Source: a candidate division WWE3 bacterium UBA1401
Lineage (GTDB): Bacteria; Patescibacteriota; WWE3; UBA101185; UBA10185
Reading direction: 5' to 3'
Assembly (NCBI GenBank): GCA_002305115.1
Contig: DBQF01000001.1
Span: forward strand, 10,286 to 74,285
Length of the DNA stretch: 64,000 nucleotides
Shown: positions 7,750-15,304 of the stretch, piece by piece
How positions within the stretch are numbered: the first letter of the stretch is position 1
Layout: every line of letters starts with the position of its first letter
Notes under the pieces: generated by a model
Told to the model about the DNA's origin: nothing
Seen by the model: only the letters and a program-made list of their open reading frames with translations
The model's database searches: none
Program-made: the position numbers and the translations under genes

Positions 7750-8013
7750 ATGTTACAAGTGATAGACTTTTATGCAGATTGGTGTGGACCGTGCCAAATG
7801 ATGAAACCAATCTTCGAGGAAGTGGAACAGGAGTATGAGGGGAAGGTTGAATTCAAAAAGGTTGACGTAGAAACCGAAGGCGCATTGGCAGAGGAATATC
7901 AAGTTAAAGGTATTCCAACATTTGTGATCTTAAGAGACGGCAAAGAAGTTGACCGAAGAAGCGGCGCTATGCCAAAAGAGCTTCTGAAGCAATGGATAGA
8001 TGCTAATTTATAA
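7750..8013 (+). CDS. trxA: thioredoxin (short form)
   Basis: WCGPC active site (FYADWCGPCQMMKP) and the cis-Pro region GIPTF. AGGAGG SD upstream. Only 87 aa. Confidence 0.85.
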   Translation: MLQVIDFYADWCGPCQMMKPIFEEVEQEYEGKVEFKKVDVETEGALAEEYQVKGIPTFVILRDGKEVDRRSGAMPKELLKQWIDANL

Positions 8014-8030
8014 GTTTTAAGGAGATATCT

Positions 8031-9044
8031 ATGCCTGCCCGCATTGCAATAAACGGATTTGGAAGAATCGGACGCGCTTCGTTTAAAATTTTAATGGAAA
8101 GAAACGACGCCGAAGTTATAGCTATTAATGATTTATGTGACCCCAAAGTTTTAGCCCATTTATTAAAATACGATACCGCCTATGGCATTTATAACCGGGA
8201 AGTTACGGTAGAAGATAATGCTCTGATTGTTGATGGTAAAAAAGTAGTAGTAACAAACGAAAAAGAGCCGGCAAAACTCCCGTGGAAAGATTTAGGTATT
8301 GATGTAGTACTTGAATGTACCGGCTTTTTCACAAAAGACGGCACGGCAAAAGCACATATTGAAGCGGGAGCCAATAAGGTTGTGGTATCTGCCCCTACAA
8401 AAGGCGAAGGCAATGTGCAGATGTTCTTAAAAGGGATAAATGACAGCCAGTACCTAGGACAGAATATAATTTCCAACGCGTCGTGCACCACTAACTGTAT
8501 ATCGCCTGTTGTGTCGGTGATGCACTCTAACTTTAAAATCATCAAGTCTATTATGACTACTGTTCATGCTTTAACTGCCGGCCAAAATATTGTGGATGGG
8601 CCTCCTGAAAGAGGCAGTAGCGACTTGCGACGGGCTAGAGCGGGCGGATATAACATGGTGCCTACTACTACGGGGGCGGCCATTGCCACCACCGAAATTA
8701 TTCCAGACTTAAAAGGCAAATTTGACGGCTTAGCAATTAGAGTACCAATCATTACCGGCTCTATTGCAGATGTTACTATGCTGGTGGAAAAAAAGACTTC
8801 GGTAGAGGAAGTGAACGATGCGTTTAAAGAAGCAATTAAGCAACCGCAGTACAGAAATATTTTGGCTATAACAGAAGAGCCAGTTGTGTCTTCGGATATT
8901 ATCGGAAGCCCGTACTCGGCTATTGTGGATTTGGAAATGACTAAAGTGGTAGATGGCGACTTAGTGAAAGTTTTGGCTTGGTACGATAATGAGTGGGGTT
9001 ATTCGCATAGGCTGGTAGAAGTCGCGCTGATGATGGCGGAGTGA
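8031..9044 (+). CDS. gap: type I glyceraldehyde-3-phosphate dehydrogenase
   Basis: INGFGRIGR NAD-binding motif, catalytic SNASCTTNC, and C-terminal WYDNEWGYS. AAGGAG SD upstream. Confidence 0.95.
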   Translation: MPARIAINGFGRIGRASFKILMERNDAEVIAINDLCDPKVLAHLLKYDTAYGIYNREVTVEDNALIVDGKKVVVTNEKEPAKLPWKDLGIDVVLECTGFFTKDGTAKAHIEAGANKVVVSAPTKGEGNVQMFLKGINDSQYLGQNIISNASCTTNCISPVVSVMHSNFKIIKSIMTTVHALTAGQNIVDGPPERGSSDLRRARAGGYNMVPTTTGAAIATTEIIPDLKGKFDGLAIRVPIITGSIADVTMLVEKKTSVEEVNDAFKEAIKQPQYRNILAITEEPVVSSDIIGSPYSAIVDLEMTKVVDGDLVKVLAWYDNEWGYSHRLVEVALMMAE

Positions 9045-9046
9045 GA

Positions 9047-9077
9047 TAACGACTAACGACTGACTGCTGACTTCTAA
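9047..9077 (+). repeat. Period-7 stop-codon array following gap
   Basis: TAA at 9047, TAA at 9054, TGA at 9061, TGA at 9068 and TAA at 9075 are spaced exactly 7 nt apart. Together with the gap stop they cover all three plus-strand frames. Confidence 0.8.
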
Positions 9078-9108
9078 CAACTTACAGGAAACTCCTTATA
9101 AGGGCTAT

Positions 9109-9125
9109 GTTAGTAGTTAGTAGTC
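9109..9125 (-). repeat. GTTAGTA heptamer array abutting the stop of the J-domain gene
   Basis: The sequence is gttagta gttagta gtc. In minus sense it reads TGA-CTACTAA-CTACTAA, placing stops at +7 and +14. Confidence 0.75.
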
Positions 9126-10035
9126 ACAACTCCCTATACTCCTCCAACAACCTCTTCTGTTGCTTTGAGAGCTTCTTAGGAATCTTCACAAAAACCTGCA
9201 CAATAACATCACCCCTACTATTACTATTAAACTTGGGCATACCCTTACCTTTAATTAAAAGCTGAGTGCCCGGCTGAGTACCGGCAGGAATCTTAAGCTT
9301 AGCTTTCCCAACACCGTTAGTTTTACCCGGGTCTACTACCGGGATTTCTACCACGTCCCCCAAGCTAGCCTGTACAAAATCTATTTCTACGCCTACGCCA
9401 AGATGGTCACCAATGCGTTGAAAAGGTTCCGGGATAGTTACCCTAAAAGTGATAAACAAATCGCCTGGAGGCATACCAGTGGCTCCTGGCATACCTTTGC
9501 CGGGGAAGCGCATCTCAGTGCCGTTACGTACTCCCGCGGGTATTTTTACAGTAAGCTTGCCGCTTTCCACATTTACAGTGCGCTCACCGCCTTTGACAGC
9601 TTCTGCAAATTCCACGCGCATTTCGTAGTGTAAGTTTTTGCCTTTTTTCTGTCTTTGGGAATTAAAGCCCCTAAAGCCAAAGAATTCTTCGAATATATCA
9701 AAGGGGTCAATATCACCAAAAGGTGTACCCCCGGAGGTGTTGTAAGTGTAGGTAAATGGTCCATAGCGGCTGCTTTGGGCACCGGCGTTACCAAAACCAA
9801 AGCCAGGGTCGGCTGTGCCGTATTGGTCGTACATTTTGCGTTTTTGAGGATCTGAAAGTACTTGGTAGGCTTCGTTTATTTCTTTAAAGCGTTTTTCTGC
9901 CGTGGTTTTGTCTGCGTCGGCAACCATGTCTGGGTGGTGCTCCCGCGCGAGCTTTCTGTAGGCTTTTTTTATGTCTTCGTCGCTGGCGTTTTTGGGTACA
10001 CCGAGTATGTTGTAGTAGTCTTTGTTGTTAGGCAT
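9124..10035 (-). CDS. J-domain co-chaperone (DnaJ/CbpA type, no zinc-finger region)
   Basis: The J domain reads [31 protein letters not shown], followed by a G/F-rich region and DnaJ C-terminal domains. No CxxCxGxG repeats. Confidence 0.85.
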   Translation of the reverse strand: MPNNKDYYNILGVPKNASDEDIKKAYRKLAREHHPDMVADADKTTAEKRFKEINEAYQVLSDPQKRKMYDQYGTADPGFGFGNAGAQSSRYGPFTYTYNTSGGTPFGDIDPFDIFEEFFGFRGFNSQRQKKGKNLHYEMRVEFAEAVKGGERTVNVESGKLTVKIPAGVRNGTEMRFPGKGMPGATGMPPGDLFITFRVTIPEPFQRIGDHLGVGVEIDFVQASLGDVVEIPVVDPGKTNGVGKAKLKIPAGTQPGTQLLIKGKGMPKFNSNSRGDVIVQVFVKIPKKLSKQQKRLLEEYREL

Positions 10036-10047
10036 TTGTGCTGTATT

Positions 10048-10074
10048 TTAGCACTGGATAACCCAGATTGCTAG
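10048..10074. promoter_or_regulatory. CIRCE-like inverted repeat (TTAGCACTG-N9-GATTGCTAG) overlapping an extended -10 (TGcTAAAAT) upstream of the J-domain gene
   Basis: Compared with the consensus TTAGCACTC-N9-GAGTGCTAA, the halves match 8/9 and 7/9. hrcA is encoded in the same cluster. The -10 lies 9 nt from the ATG. Confidence 0.5.
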
Positions 10075-10085
10075 GCTAGAGTTGT

Positions 10086-10160
10086 TTTTAAAAAACGAAA
10101 AACCGCCGCGAGAAATACGAACCTGTTGCAACATGCCAACAAGCTGAACCCTCACGGCGG
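10086..10160 (-). terminator. Intrinsic terminator after the pentapeptide-repeat gene
   Basis: On the minus-strand RNA, CCGCCGUGAG pairs with CUCGCGGCGG (10 bp, one G-U) and is followed by UUUUUCGUUUUUU. Confidence 0.6.
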
Positions 10161-10175
10161 CCACTGTCACTTCGC

Positions 10176-10844
10176 TTAGCTGGCGAAAAGCGACTGCAGG
10201 GTCATCTGCAACATACTTGCGGCCTGGGCACGATCAGTTCCCAGTTGCTTCAGAAAGCTACAGAACTGGGCCGCGGTCATAGGATTCTGATCTCCCATGA
10301 ATATCATAACCTGGTCCGGCCGATGGCGGAACTCAGGAGAGGCCTTGTCCTCTGCAAGAACAGGCCAATACATTGAGTAGGCAGGCTGACCGTCTTCACC
10401 AAAAGAGCCAATCGGAATAATACCTGTTGCTTTAGTCAAAACGGCAAGTTTCAGTGAAGATCCCTGGACATCAGTGCGGCCAAAGCAGGCGTCAGTCAGA
10501 TTTGCTTCCACAAGGTTGGCGTTTCTCAAAGAAGCCAGCCATAGGTTAGCACCCTGCATACTGGCAGAGACTAAAATCGCATGATCTAAATGCGCACCTG
10601 TCAGATCGGCCCCTTTCAAAGAGGCAAGTTCGAGATAGGCCCCTGTCAGTATTGCCTTGGTTAAATCTGCCCCAACAAGTTGCACACCCGCTAACAGGGC
10701 GTTGCACAAATTAACACCCTGCAGCTCCGCGTAATACAAATGCATACCTGTAAGATTCGGGATGATATCAGGGTTGTCCTCCCGCCAAGCATTCCAAGCC
10801 TCAACACCCTGCCTCAAAATCGCCACGTGTTCCGCGTTAGCCAT
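10176..10844 (-). CDS. pentapeptide-repeat protein
   Basis: Long run of A(D/N)LxX pentads (GADLTKAILTGAYLELASLKGADLTGAHLDHAILVSASMQGANLWLASLRNANLVEANL). Strong SD (GAAGGAGGGG). Visibly G+C-richer than dnaK. Confidence 0.85.
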   Translation of the reverse strand: MANAEHVAILRQGVEAWNAWREDNPDIIPNLTGMHLYYAELQGVNLCNALLAGVQLVGADLTKAILTGAYLELASLKGADLTGAHLDHAILVSASMQGANLWLASLRNANLVEANLTDACFGRTDVQGSSLKLAVLTKATGIIPIGSFGEDGQPAYSMYWPVLAEDKASPEFRHRPDQVMIFMGDQNPMTAAQFCSFLKQLGTDRAQAASMLQMTLQSLFAS

Positions 10845-10896
10845 TTTGTCCCCTCCTTCAAGGGAAAACTAGAACGAACACCATAACAATAGTTGA

Positions 10897-10925
10897 TTTA
10901 TATAAGTTTTAGGGAAATTATGCAA
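10897..10925 (-). promoter_or_regulatory. Candidate promoter of the pentapeptide gene (TTGCAT-N17-TATAAA)
   Basis: Read on the minus strand: -35 at 10920-10925 and -10 at 10897-10902, leaving a ~45-nt leader that carries the SD. Confidence 0.4.
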
Positions 10926-10930
10926 CATGA

Positions 10931-10952
10931 GGGGGTACCGTGCGGTACCCCC
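10931..10952. other. Perfect 9-bp hairpin GGGGGTACC-gtgc-GGTACCCCC between dnaK and the pentapeptide gene
   Basis: Read directly from the sequence. In minus sense a U-tract precedes the stem rather than following it, so terminator function is uncertain. Confidence 0.6.
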
Positions 10953-10964
10953 CAAGAAAAACGC

Positions 10965-12869
10965 TTACTCTTCTACAACCTCACCCTCAACCGGGCCATC
11001 ATCATTGCCATTGGCACCATCACTTCCACCATCAGCACCCCCCTGTGGGCCTTCTGGGCCGGCTTGCGGGCCACCCTGATTCCCATACATAGCTTGGCCA
11101 ATCTTCTGCATACTGGCAGACAAATCCTGCGTCTTCTGCGTTAATTCCTCTTTGGTAGCCGTCTGCAACACCTCGCGCAAAACCTTAACCTTCTCTTCAA
11201 CCTCACTCTTCACATCTGCAGGCACCTTATCACCAGCATCCTTTAAAGCCTTCTCAGCCGCATGGCACATAGTATCTGCCATATTCCTGGCTTCCACTAA
11301 CTCCTTCTTCTTCGTATCCTCTGCCTTATGCGCTTCTGCATCCCGCACCATACGCTCCACTTCATCTTTAGCAAGCCCGGTACCGCCCTGAATCGTAATC
11401 TTCTGCTCCTTACCCGAAGCCTTATCCTTCGCCGACACATTCAAAATACCATTCGCATCAATATCAAACGTTACCTCAATCTGCGGCACACCACGGGGCG
11501 CCGGAGGAATACCATCTAAAATAAACCTTCCCAAAGACTTATTATCCGCAGCCATCTCACGCTCACCCTGCAACACGTTAATCTCCACACTTGTCTGGCT
11601 ATCAGCCGCCGTGCTAAACACCTGGCTCGCTGAAGTTGGAATAGTAGTATTGCGCTTGATCAACGGAGTACTCACACCACCTAAAGTTTCTATTCCCAAA
11701 GTAAGCGGTGTAACATCTAATAGCAACACATCTTTCACATCACCACCAAGCACACCACCTTGCACAGCTGCGCCCACACCAACCACTTCATCGGGGTTTA
11801 CACCCTGGTGGGGATCCTTCCCGAAAAATGCCTTAACCGTTTCAATAACTTTAGGCATTCTGGTCATACCGCCAACCATTACAATTTCCGAGATATCACT
11901 CTTAGAAACACCAGCGTCTTGTAAAGCCTTCTCCATTGGCGCAATAGTCTTTTCCACTAAATCTTCTGTTAGCTCTTCCAACTTGGCTCTGGTTAATCTT
12001 AATTCCAAGTGCTTAGGACCGGAAGCATCTGCAGTAATAAATGGAATATTAATCTCAGTCTCCATTACCGAAGACAGTTCTATCTTTGCGCGCTCAGCCG
12101 CATCCTTAAGTCTTTGCATCGCCTGCCGGTCTGAAGACAAATCAACACCTTGGTCTTTCTTGAATTCACTAATTAACCAGGTAATGATTCTTCTATCAAA
12201 GTCGTCACCACCCAAAAGCGTATCACCATTAGTAGATTTGACTTCAAATACGCCATCTCCAATTTCCAAAATGGAAATGTCGTAAGTACCACCACCTAAG
12301 TCATAAACAGCAATCTTTTCATTCTTTTTCTTGTCTAATCCATAAGCTAATGAAGCCGCTGTAGGTTCATTGATAATCCTACGCACATTAAAACCGGCAA
12401 TTTTCCCAGCTTCTTTTGTTGCGTTTCTTTGTGCATCGTTAAAATAGGCCGGAACTGTAATAACCGCATCGGTTATAGTTTGACCTAAAAACTTTTCTGC
12501 ATCCGCTTTAAGTTTGGCCAAAATCTTAGCGGAAATTTCTTGCGGGGTATAAACAGTACCTTCCACTTCCACACAAGCTAAGCCATTGGGTCCTTCAACA
12601 ATGTCGTATGGATAATCTTTTTTAAGTTCCTGAACTTCCGGGTCTGAATATTTTCTTCCCATTAACTTCTTAATACTAAAAATAGTATTTCTTGGGTTAA
12701 CCACCTGCTGTCTTTTGGCAGGAATTCCTACCAGATTAGCCGCAGGCGCTACTACCGAAGGTGTAGTATTGCTACCTTCAGCATTTGGAATAACTTTTGT
12801 TTGGCCGCTTTCCATCACAGCAACCACACTATTTGTTGTTCCTAAATCTATGCCTACAATTTTTGCCAT
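10965..12869 (-). CDS. dnaK: molecular chaperone DnaK (Hsp70)
   Basis: [18 protein letters not shown](F->Y)DISIL and VGGMTRMP motifs; 634 aa. AAGGAG SD upstream. Confidence 0.97.
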   Translation of the reverse strand: MAKIVGIDLGTTNSVVAVMESGQTKVIPNAEGSNTTPSVVAPAANLVGIPAKRQQVVNPRNTIFSIKKLMGRKYSDPEVQELKKDYPYDIVEGPNGLACVEVEGTVYTPQEISAKILAKLKADAEKFLGQTITDAVITVPAYFNDAQRNATKEAGKIAGFNVRRIINEPTAASLAYGLDKKKNEKIAVYDLGGGTYDISILEIGDGVFEVKSTNGDTLLGGDDFDRRIITWLISEFKKDQGVDLSSDRQAMQRLKDAAERAKIELSSVMETEINIPFITADASGPKHLELRLTRAKLEELTEDLVEKTIAPMEKALQDAGVSKSDISEIVMVGGMTRMPKVIETVKAFFGKDPHQGVNPDEVVGVGAAVQGGVLGGDVKDVLLLDVTPLTLGIETLGGVSTPLIKRNTTIPTSASQVFSTAADSQTSVEINVLQGEREMAADNKSLGRFILDGIPPAPRGVPQIEVTFDIDANGILNVSAKDKASGKEQKITIQGGTGLAKDEVERMVRDAEAHKAEDTKKKELVEARNMADTMCHAAEKALKDAGDKVPADVKSEVEEKVKVLREVLQTATKEELTQKTQDLSASMQKIGQAMYGNQGGPQAGPEGPQGGADGGSDGANGNDDGPVEGEVVEE

Positions 12870-12913
12870 AGTAACTCCTTAATAAAACGTGCTTAATGCA
12901 CTAACTAAAATAA

Positions 12914-13372
12914 CTAATCAGTTCCAGGCTTGCCACCCACCTTCACACGTGCGGGCTTAAGCAGCTTGCCATTTAACAAATAACCATTTTGCACAACCTC
13001 CACTACCCTATTTTGCTCTCCTTCAATTACTTCCACTGCTTCCATAGTTTCAGGGTTAAAATCCTTCCCCAACACATCAAGTTTTTCCAACCCGAAATCT
13101 GTAAGTAGCTGTTTAAACTCTTTAACTATCATTTCCAAACCCTTGTCGGTAGTGTGCTTTTGTAAAATAAGCAAATTATCATAAATAGGCACTAGTCCGG
13201 ATAATAAACTCATATTCGCTAAGGTTACAACCTGCTCTTTTTCTTCCTCAAATCTCTTTTGCAAATTTTGATAATCTGCTAACGCCCGCTTCCAGTTATA
13301 ATCCAGCTCTTCAAGCTGCTGTCGCAGCACTTGTTGAGCGTCTTCAGTTGTATTTTTTGTGTCATCCGTCAT
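12914..13372 (-). CDS. grpE: nucleotide exchange factor GrpE
   Basis: 152 aa with WKRALADYQNLQKR, a typical GrpE coiled-coil motif. Sits between hrcA and dnaK. Confidence 0.9.
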   Translation of the reverse strand: MTDDTKNTTEDAQQVLRQQLEELDYNWKRALADYQNLQKRFEEEKEQVVTLANMSLLSGLVPIYDNLLILQKHTTDKGLEMIVKEFKQLLTDFGLEKLDVLGKDFNPETMEAVEVIEGEQNRVVEVVQNGYLLNGKLLKPARVKVGGKPGTD

Positions 13373-13389
13373 AGCTTTATGTGCCCTTA

Positions 13390-14112
13390 TTAAAATGAAC
13401 TAACTTCTTTGATAAGCCCCGCAGTATATCTTAAAGTGGGAATAATACTGGGGTAATACATACGAGCAGGCCCCAACACACAAACTGTACCAGCCTTTTT
13501 GTTTGTCTTAAAAGGTGAATACAATAAGCAGCACAGTGCTAAATTAGCATCACCGAGCTCTTCCCCAATTACGCAATACACGCTGCCGTCTTCCGTAGGG
13601 GTTTTATCAAAAACCTGCTCTAATAACTCATACCTATCAAGTAAATGAAGAGCCGCTCTAGCCACATCAATATCCCAGAATTCTCTGTTTTCAAGCATAT
13701 TAGACATACCAGCCGGGATAACTTCACCACTGTCTACGGTAGCAAAAGTGAGCTGTTTGGTCATATCCGCAAGTGTAACTACTGTTTCTCTTAATAATTT
13801 ATGGAATTCAAACCTATGAGGCCATAATCGCTGCCTTAAGGCAACTTCTTGTAGTACTGGAAAATCCTCTTCTTGCATTAATTCATTTAGAAAGTATTTG
13901 TAAGCAGCTGAAGTTGGAACTCTTCCCGAGGATGAATGCAACATTTCCAAGAAACCCTCACGTAAGAGAGCCGCCATCTCGTTTCGTACCGTGGCAGCGG
14001 AAAAATCCAACTCATATTTTTGAACTAGCGCAATGGAACCAACAGGCTCGGAAGAGGAAATATACTCTTTGATAATGTATTCTAAGAGCTGTATCTGACG
14101 TTCGGATAACAT
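13390..14112 (-). CDS. hrcA: heat-inducible transcriptional repressor HrcA (short form)
   Basis: N-terminal winged-helix region LSERQIQLLEYIIKEYISSSEPVGS...SAATVRNEMAALLREGFL. It heads the hrcA-grpE-dnaK order. 240 aa. Confidence 0.85.
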   Translation of the reverse strand: MLSERQIQLLEYIIKEYISSSEPVGSIALVQKYELDFSAATVRNEMAALLREGFLEMLHSSSGRVPTSAAYKYFLNELMQEEDFPVLQEVALRQRLWPHRFEFHKLLRETVVTLADMTKQLTFATVDSGEVIPAGMSNMLENREFWDIDVARAALHLLDRYELLEQVFDKTPTEDGSVYCVIGEELGDANLALCCLLYSPFKTNKKAGTVCVLGPARMYYPSIIPTLRYTAGLIKEVSSF

Positions 14113-14113
14113 G

Positions 14114-14149
14114 TTATCAGTAATATACCATGAGTGCTAATAGAGTCAA
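14114..14149 (-). promoter_or_regulatory. hrcA promoter (TTGACT-N16-TGgTATATT) overlapping a half-degenerate CIRCE (TTAGCACTC-N9-TACTGATAA)
   Basis: In minus sense the -35 is at 14144-14149 and the -10 at 14122-14127, 9 nt from the ATG. The CIRCE left half is perfect and the right half matches 6/9. Confidence 0.4.
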
Positions 14150-14167
14150 GAAGGATAGCGGGTGGTT

Positions 14168-14400
14168 TCAGGACGGTCCTGGTGAAAATTCCCGAAAACA
14201 CTGTTAGTAAGAGGAATGGAGGGTTGGTACTGAGGACCGTCCTCAAAAATCGTCACCAAAAACAATAGAATTCAGCAACCTAGCAACAGAATATGCAATT
14301 GACATATTGGGACGAGCCCCAAGGTTATAGGTCATGGTTGATTGCTTCCCGCCAAAGGCCAGTAGCTGGGAGCTAGAAGCTAAATTCTGTATACTATACT
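14168..14400 (+). promoter_or_regulatory. Intergenic module R2, a paralogue of R1: GGAC-N-GTCC palindromes plus a TGTATACT box upstream of the 14405 ATG
   Basis: Palindromes are centred at 14175, 14238 (a perfect 7-1-7, TGAGGAC-C-GTCCTCA) and a degenerate one at 14314. The spacings of 63 and 76 nt mirror R1. Confidence 0.55.
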
Positions 14401-14404
14401 TACC

Positions 14405-15304
14405 ATGAAAGAGGCTGCCCTGAAAAACATCATCACTTCCGCACTAAAAAAACCCCGCCTGCTTTTCTGGTTCATCATGATCATCGTCAGCACTGCAGGT
14501 CCCTTAATTACCACTTATATTTTTTCCAGAGGTATCTCGGCGCTGGAAACTCATCAGGAATTTATTGTGGTGATAGAATTTTTCATGATTTTTGCCATTA
14601 TTCTCATTTGCGAGAATACGCTGAGACTGGTTGCTAAAGCAAAAATTGCAGTTTATGCAGAAGAAGCCATCATGAACATTCAAAAAACTTTAATAAGCTT
14701 TATTGACCCGATAGGAGAAGACAGAAAAGAAATAATTCAGGCCATTCGCAACTTAACAGACGCCATTGGAGGCTTTATAGTGTTTGCCAGAGACAGCGGC
14801 ATGGGTGCAGTAATAAATTTTATTTCGGTACCAACTATTTTATTCTTCATAGATAAAAAGATATTTTTGCTGGAACTTGCGCTGATCACTGTATATATCT
14901 TTACAACAAGAATCTTTGCCAAAATCTACGAAAAGCACTTTGAAAAATTAGACAAGGCCAAAGAACACTACTTTTCACAGATACTAATTTCAAACCATGT
15001 GGTACACCAGGCAGTGGAACTGCTTAAGATTCTGGCAAGAGTAGTTAGAGTTTGGGCGCTGGGGTGGATCTCTGCTCAAAACTTAATTGCAGTCTTTAAT
15101 TTCTTCGTAGTGTTCTTGGTAGTTAAAGATATTGTGCACGGCACTAAACAAATTTCGGACCTGGTACTTATTATTGGTTACACCAATCAGTCCCAAGGCT
15201 TTTTAAATAGCATTACAACCGCTATGGAAAGCTTGATGCAAATCAAAGCAGGGCTGGAAAGAGTACACGTGGTCACAAAATCTAAGTCTTTAATATCTGT
15301 CTAA
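14405..15304 (+). CDS. ABC-exporter-type transmembrane domain protein without an ATPase domain (possibly truncated)
   Basis: 299 aa with six-helix, ABC_membrane-like organisation. It ends in ...GTKQISDLVLIIGYTNQSQGFLNSITTAMESLMQIKAGLERV, which is where an NBD normally follows. Its 3' end overlaps convergent lepA by 23 nt. Confidence 0.45.
   Translation: MKEAALKNIITSALKKPRLLFWFIMIIVSTAGPLITTYIFSRGISALETHQEFIVVIEFFMIFAIILICENTLRLVAKAKIAVYAEEAIMNIQKTLISFIDPIGEDRKEIIQAIRNLTDAIGGFIVFARDSGMGAVINFISVPTILFFIDKKIFLLELALITVYIFTTRIFAKIYEKHFEKLDKAKEHYFSQILISNHVVHQAVELLKILARVVRVWALGWISAQNLIAVFNFFVVFLVVKDIVHGTKQISDLVLIIGYTNQSQGFLNSITTAMESLMQIKAGLERVHVVTKSKSLISV

Noticed and set aside
8189-8545. 118-aa minus-strand ORF inside gap, and similar antisense ORFs inside lepA, valS, mutS, pgi, rpoD, dnaG, dnaN and dnaA
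   Set aside because: All lie antisense to, or out of frame within, strongly supported conserved genes. Their translations are compositionally odd and no start signals are evident.
10931-10952. The perfect 9-bp hairpin after dnaK considered as an intrinsic terminator
   Set aside because: On the dnaK (minus) transcript the U-run precedes the stem instead of following it, and on the plus strand no gene reads into it. I kept it only as a structural boundary element.
11611-12285. 224-aa plus-strand ORF inside dnaK
   Set aside because: It lies antisense to a highly conserved gene, and its translation is a Ser/Thr/Pro-rich low-complexity string typical of a reverse-frame artefact. The other antisense ORFs within dnaK (11152..11391, 11328..11519, 10893..11144) were rejected for the same reason.
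12870-12913. TTAGTGCATTAAGCAC upstream of dnaK considered as a CIRCE element
   Set aside because: It lacks the 9-N9-9 architecture, having only a 4-bp stem (GTGC/GCAC). dnaK is more simply explained as part of the hrcA-grpE-dnaK transcript with its own SD.
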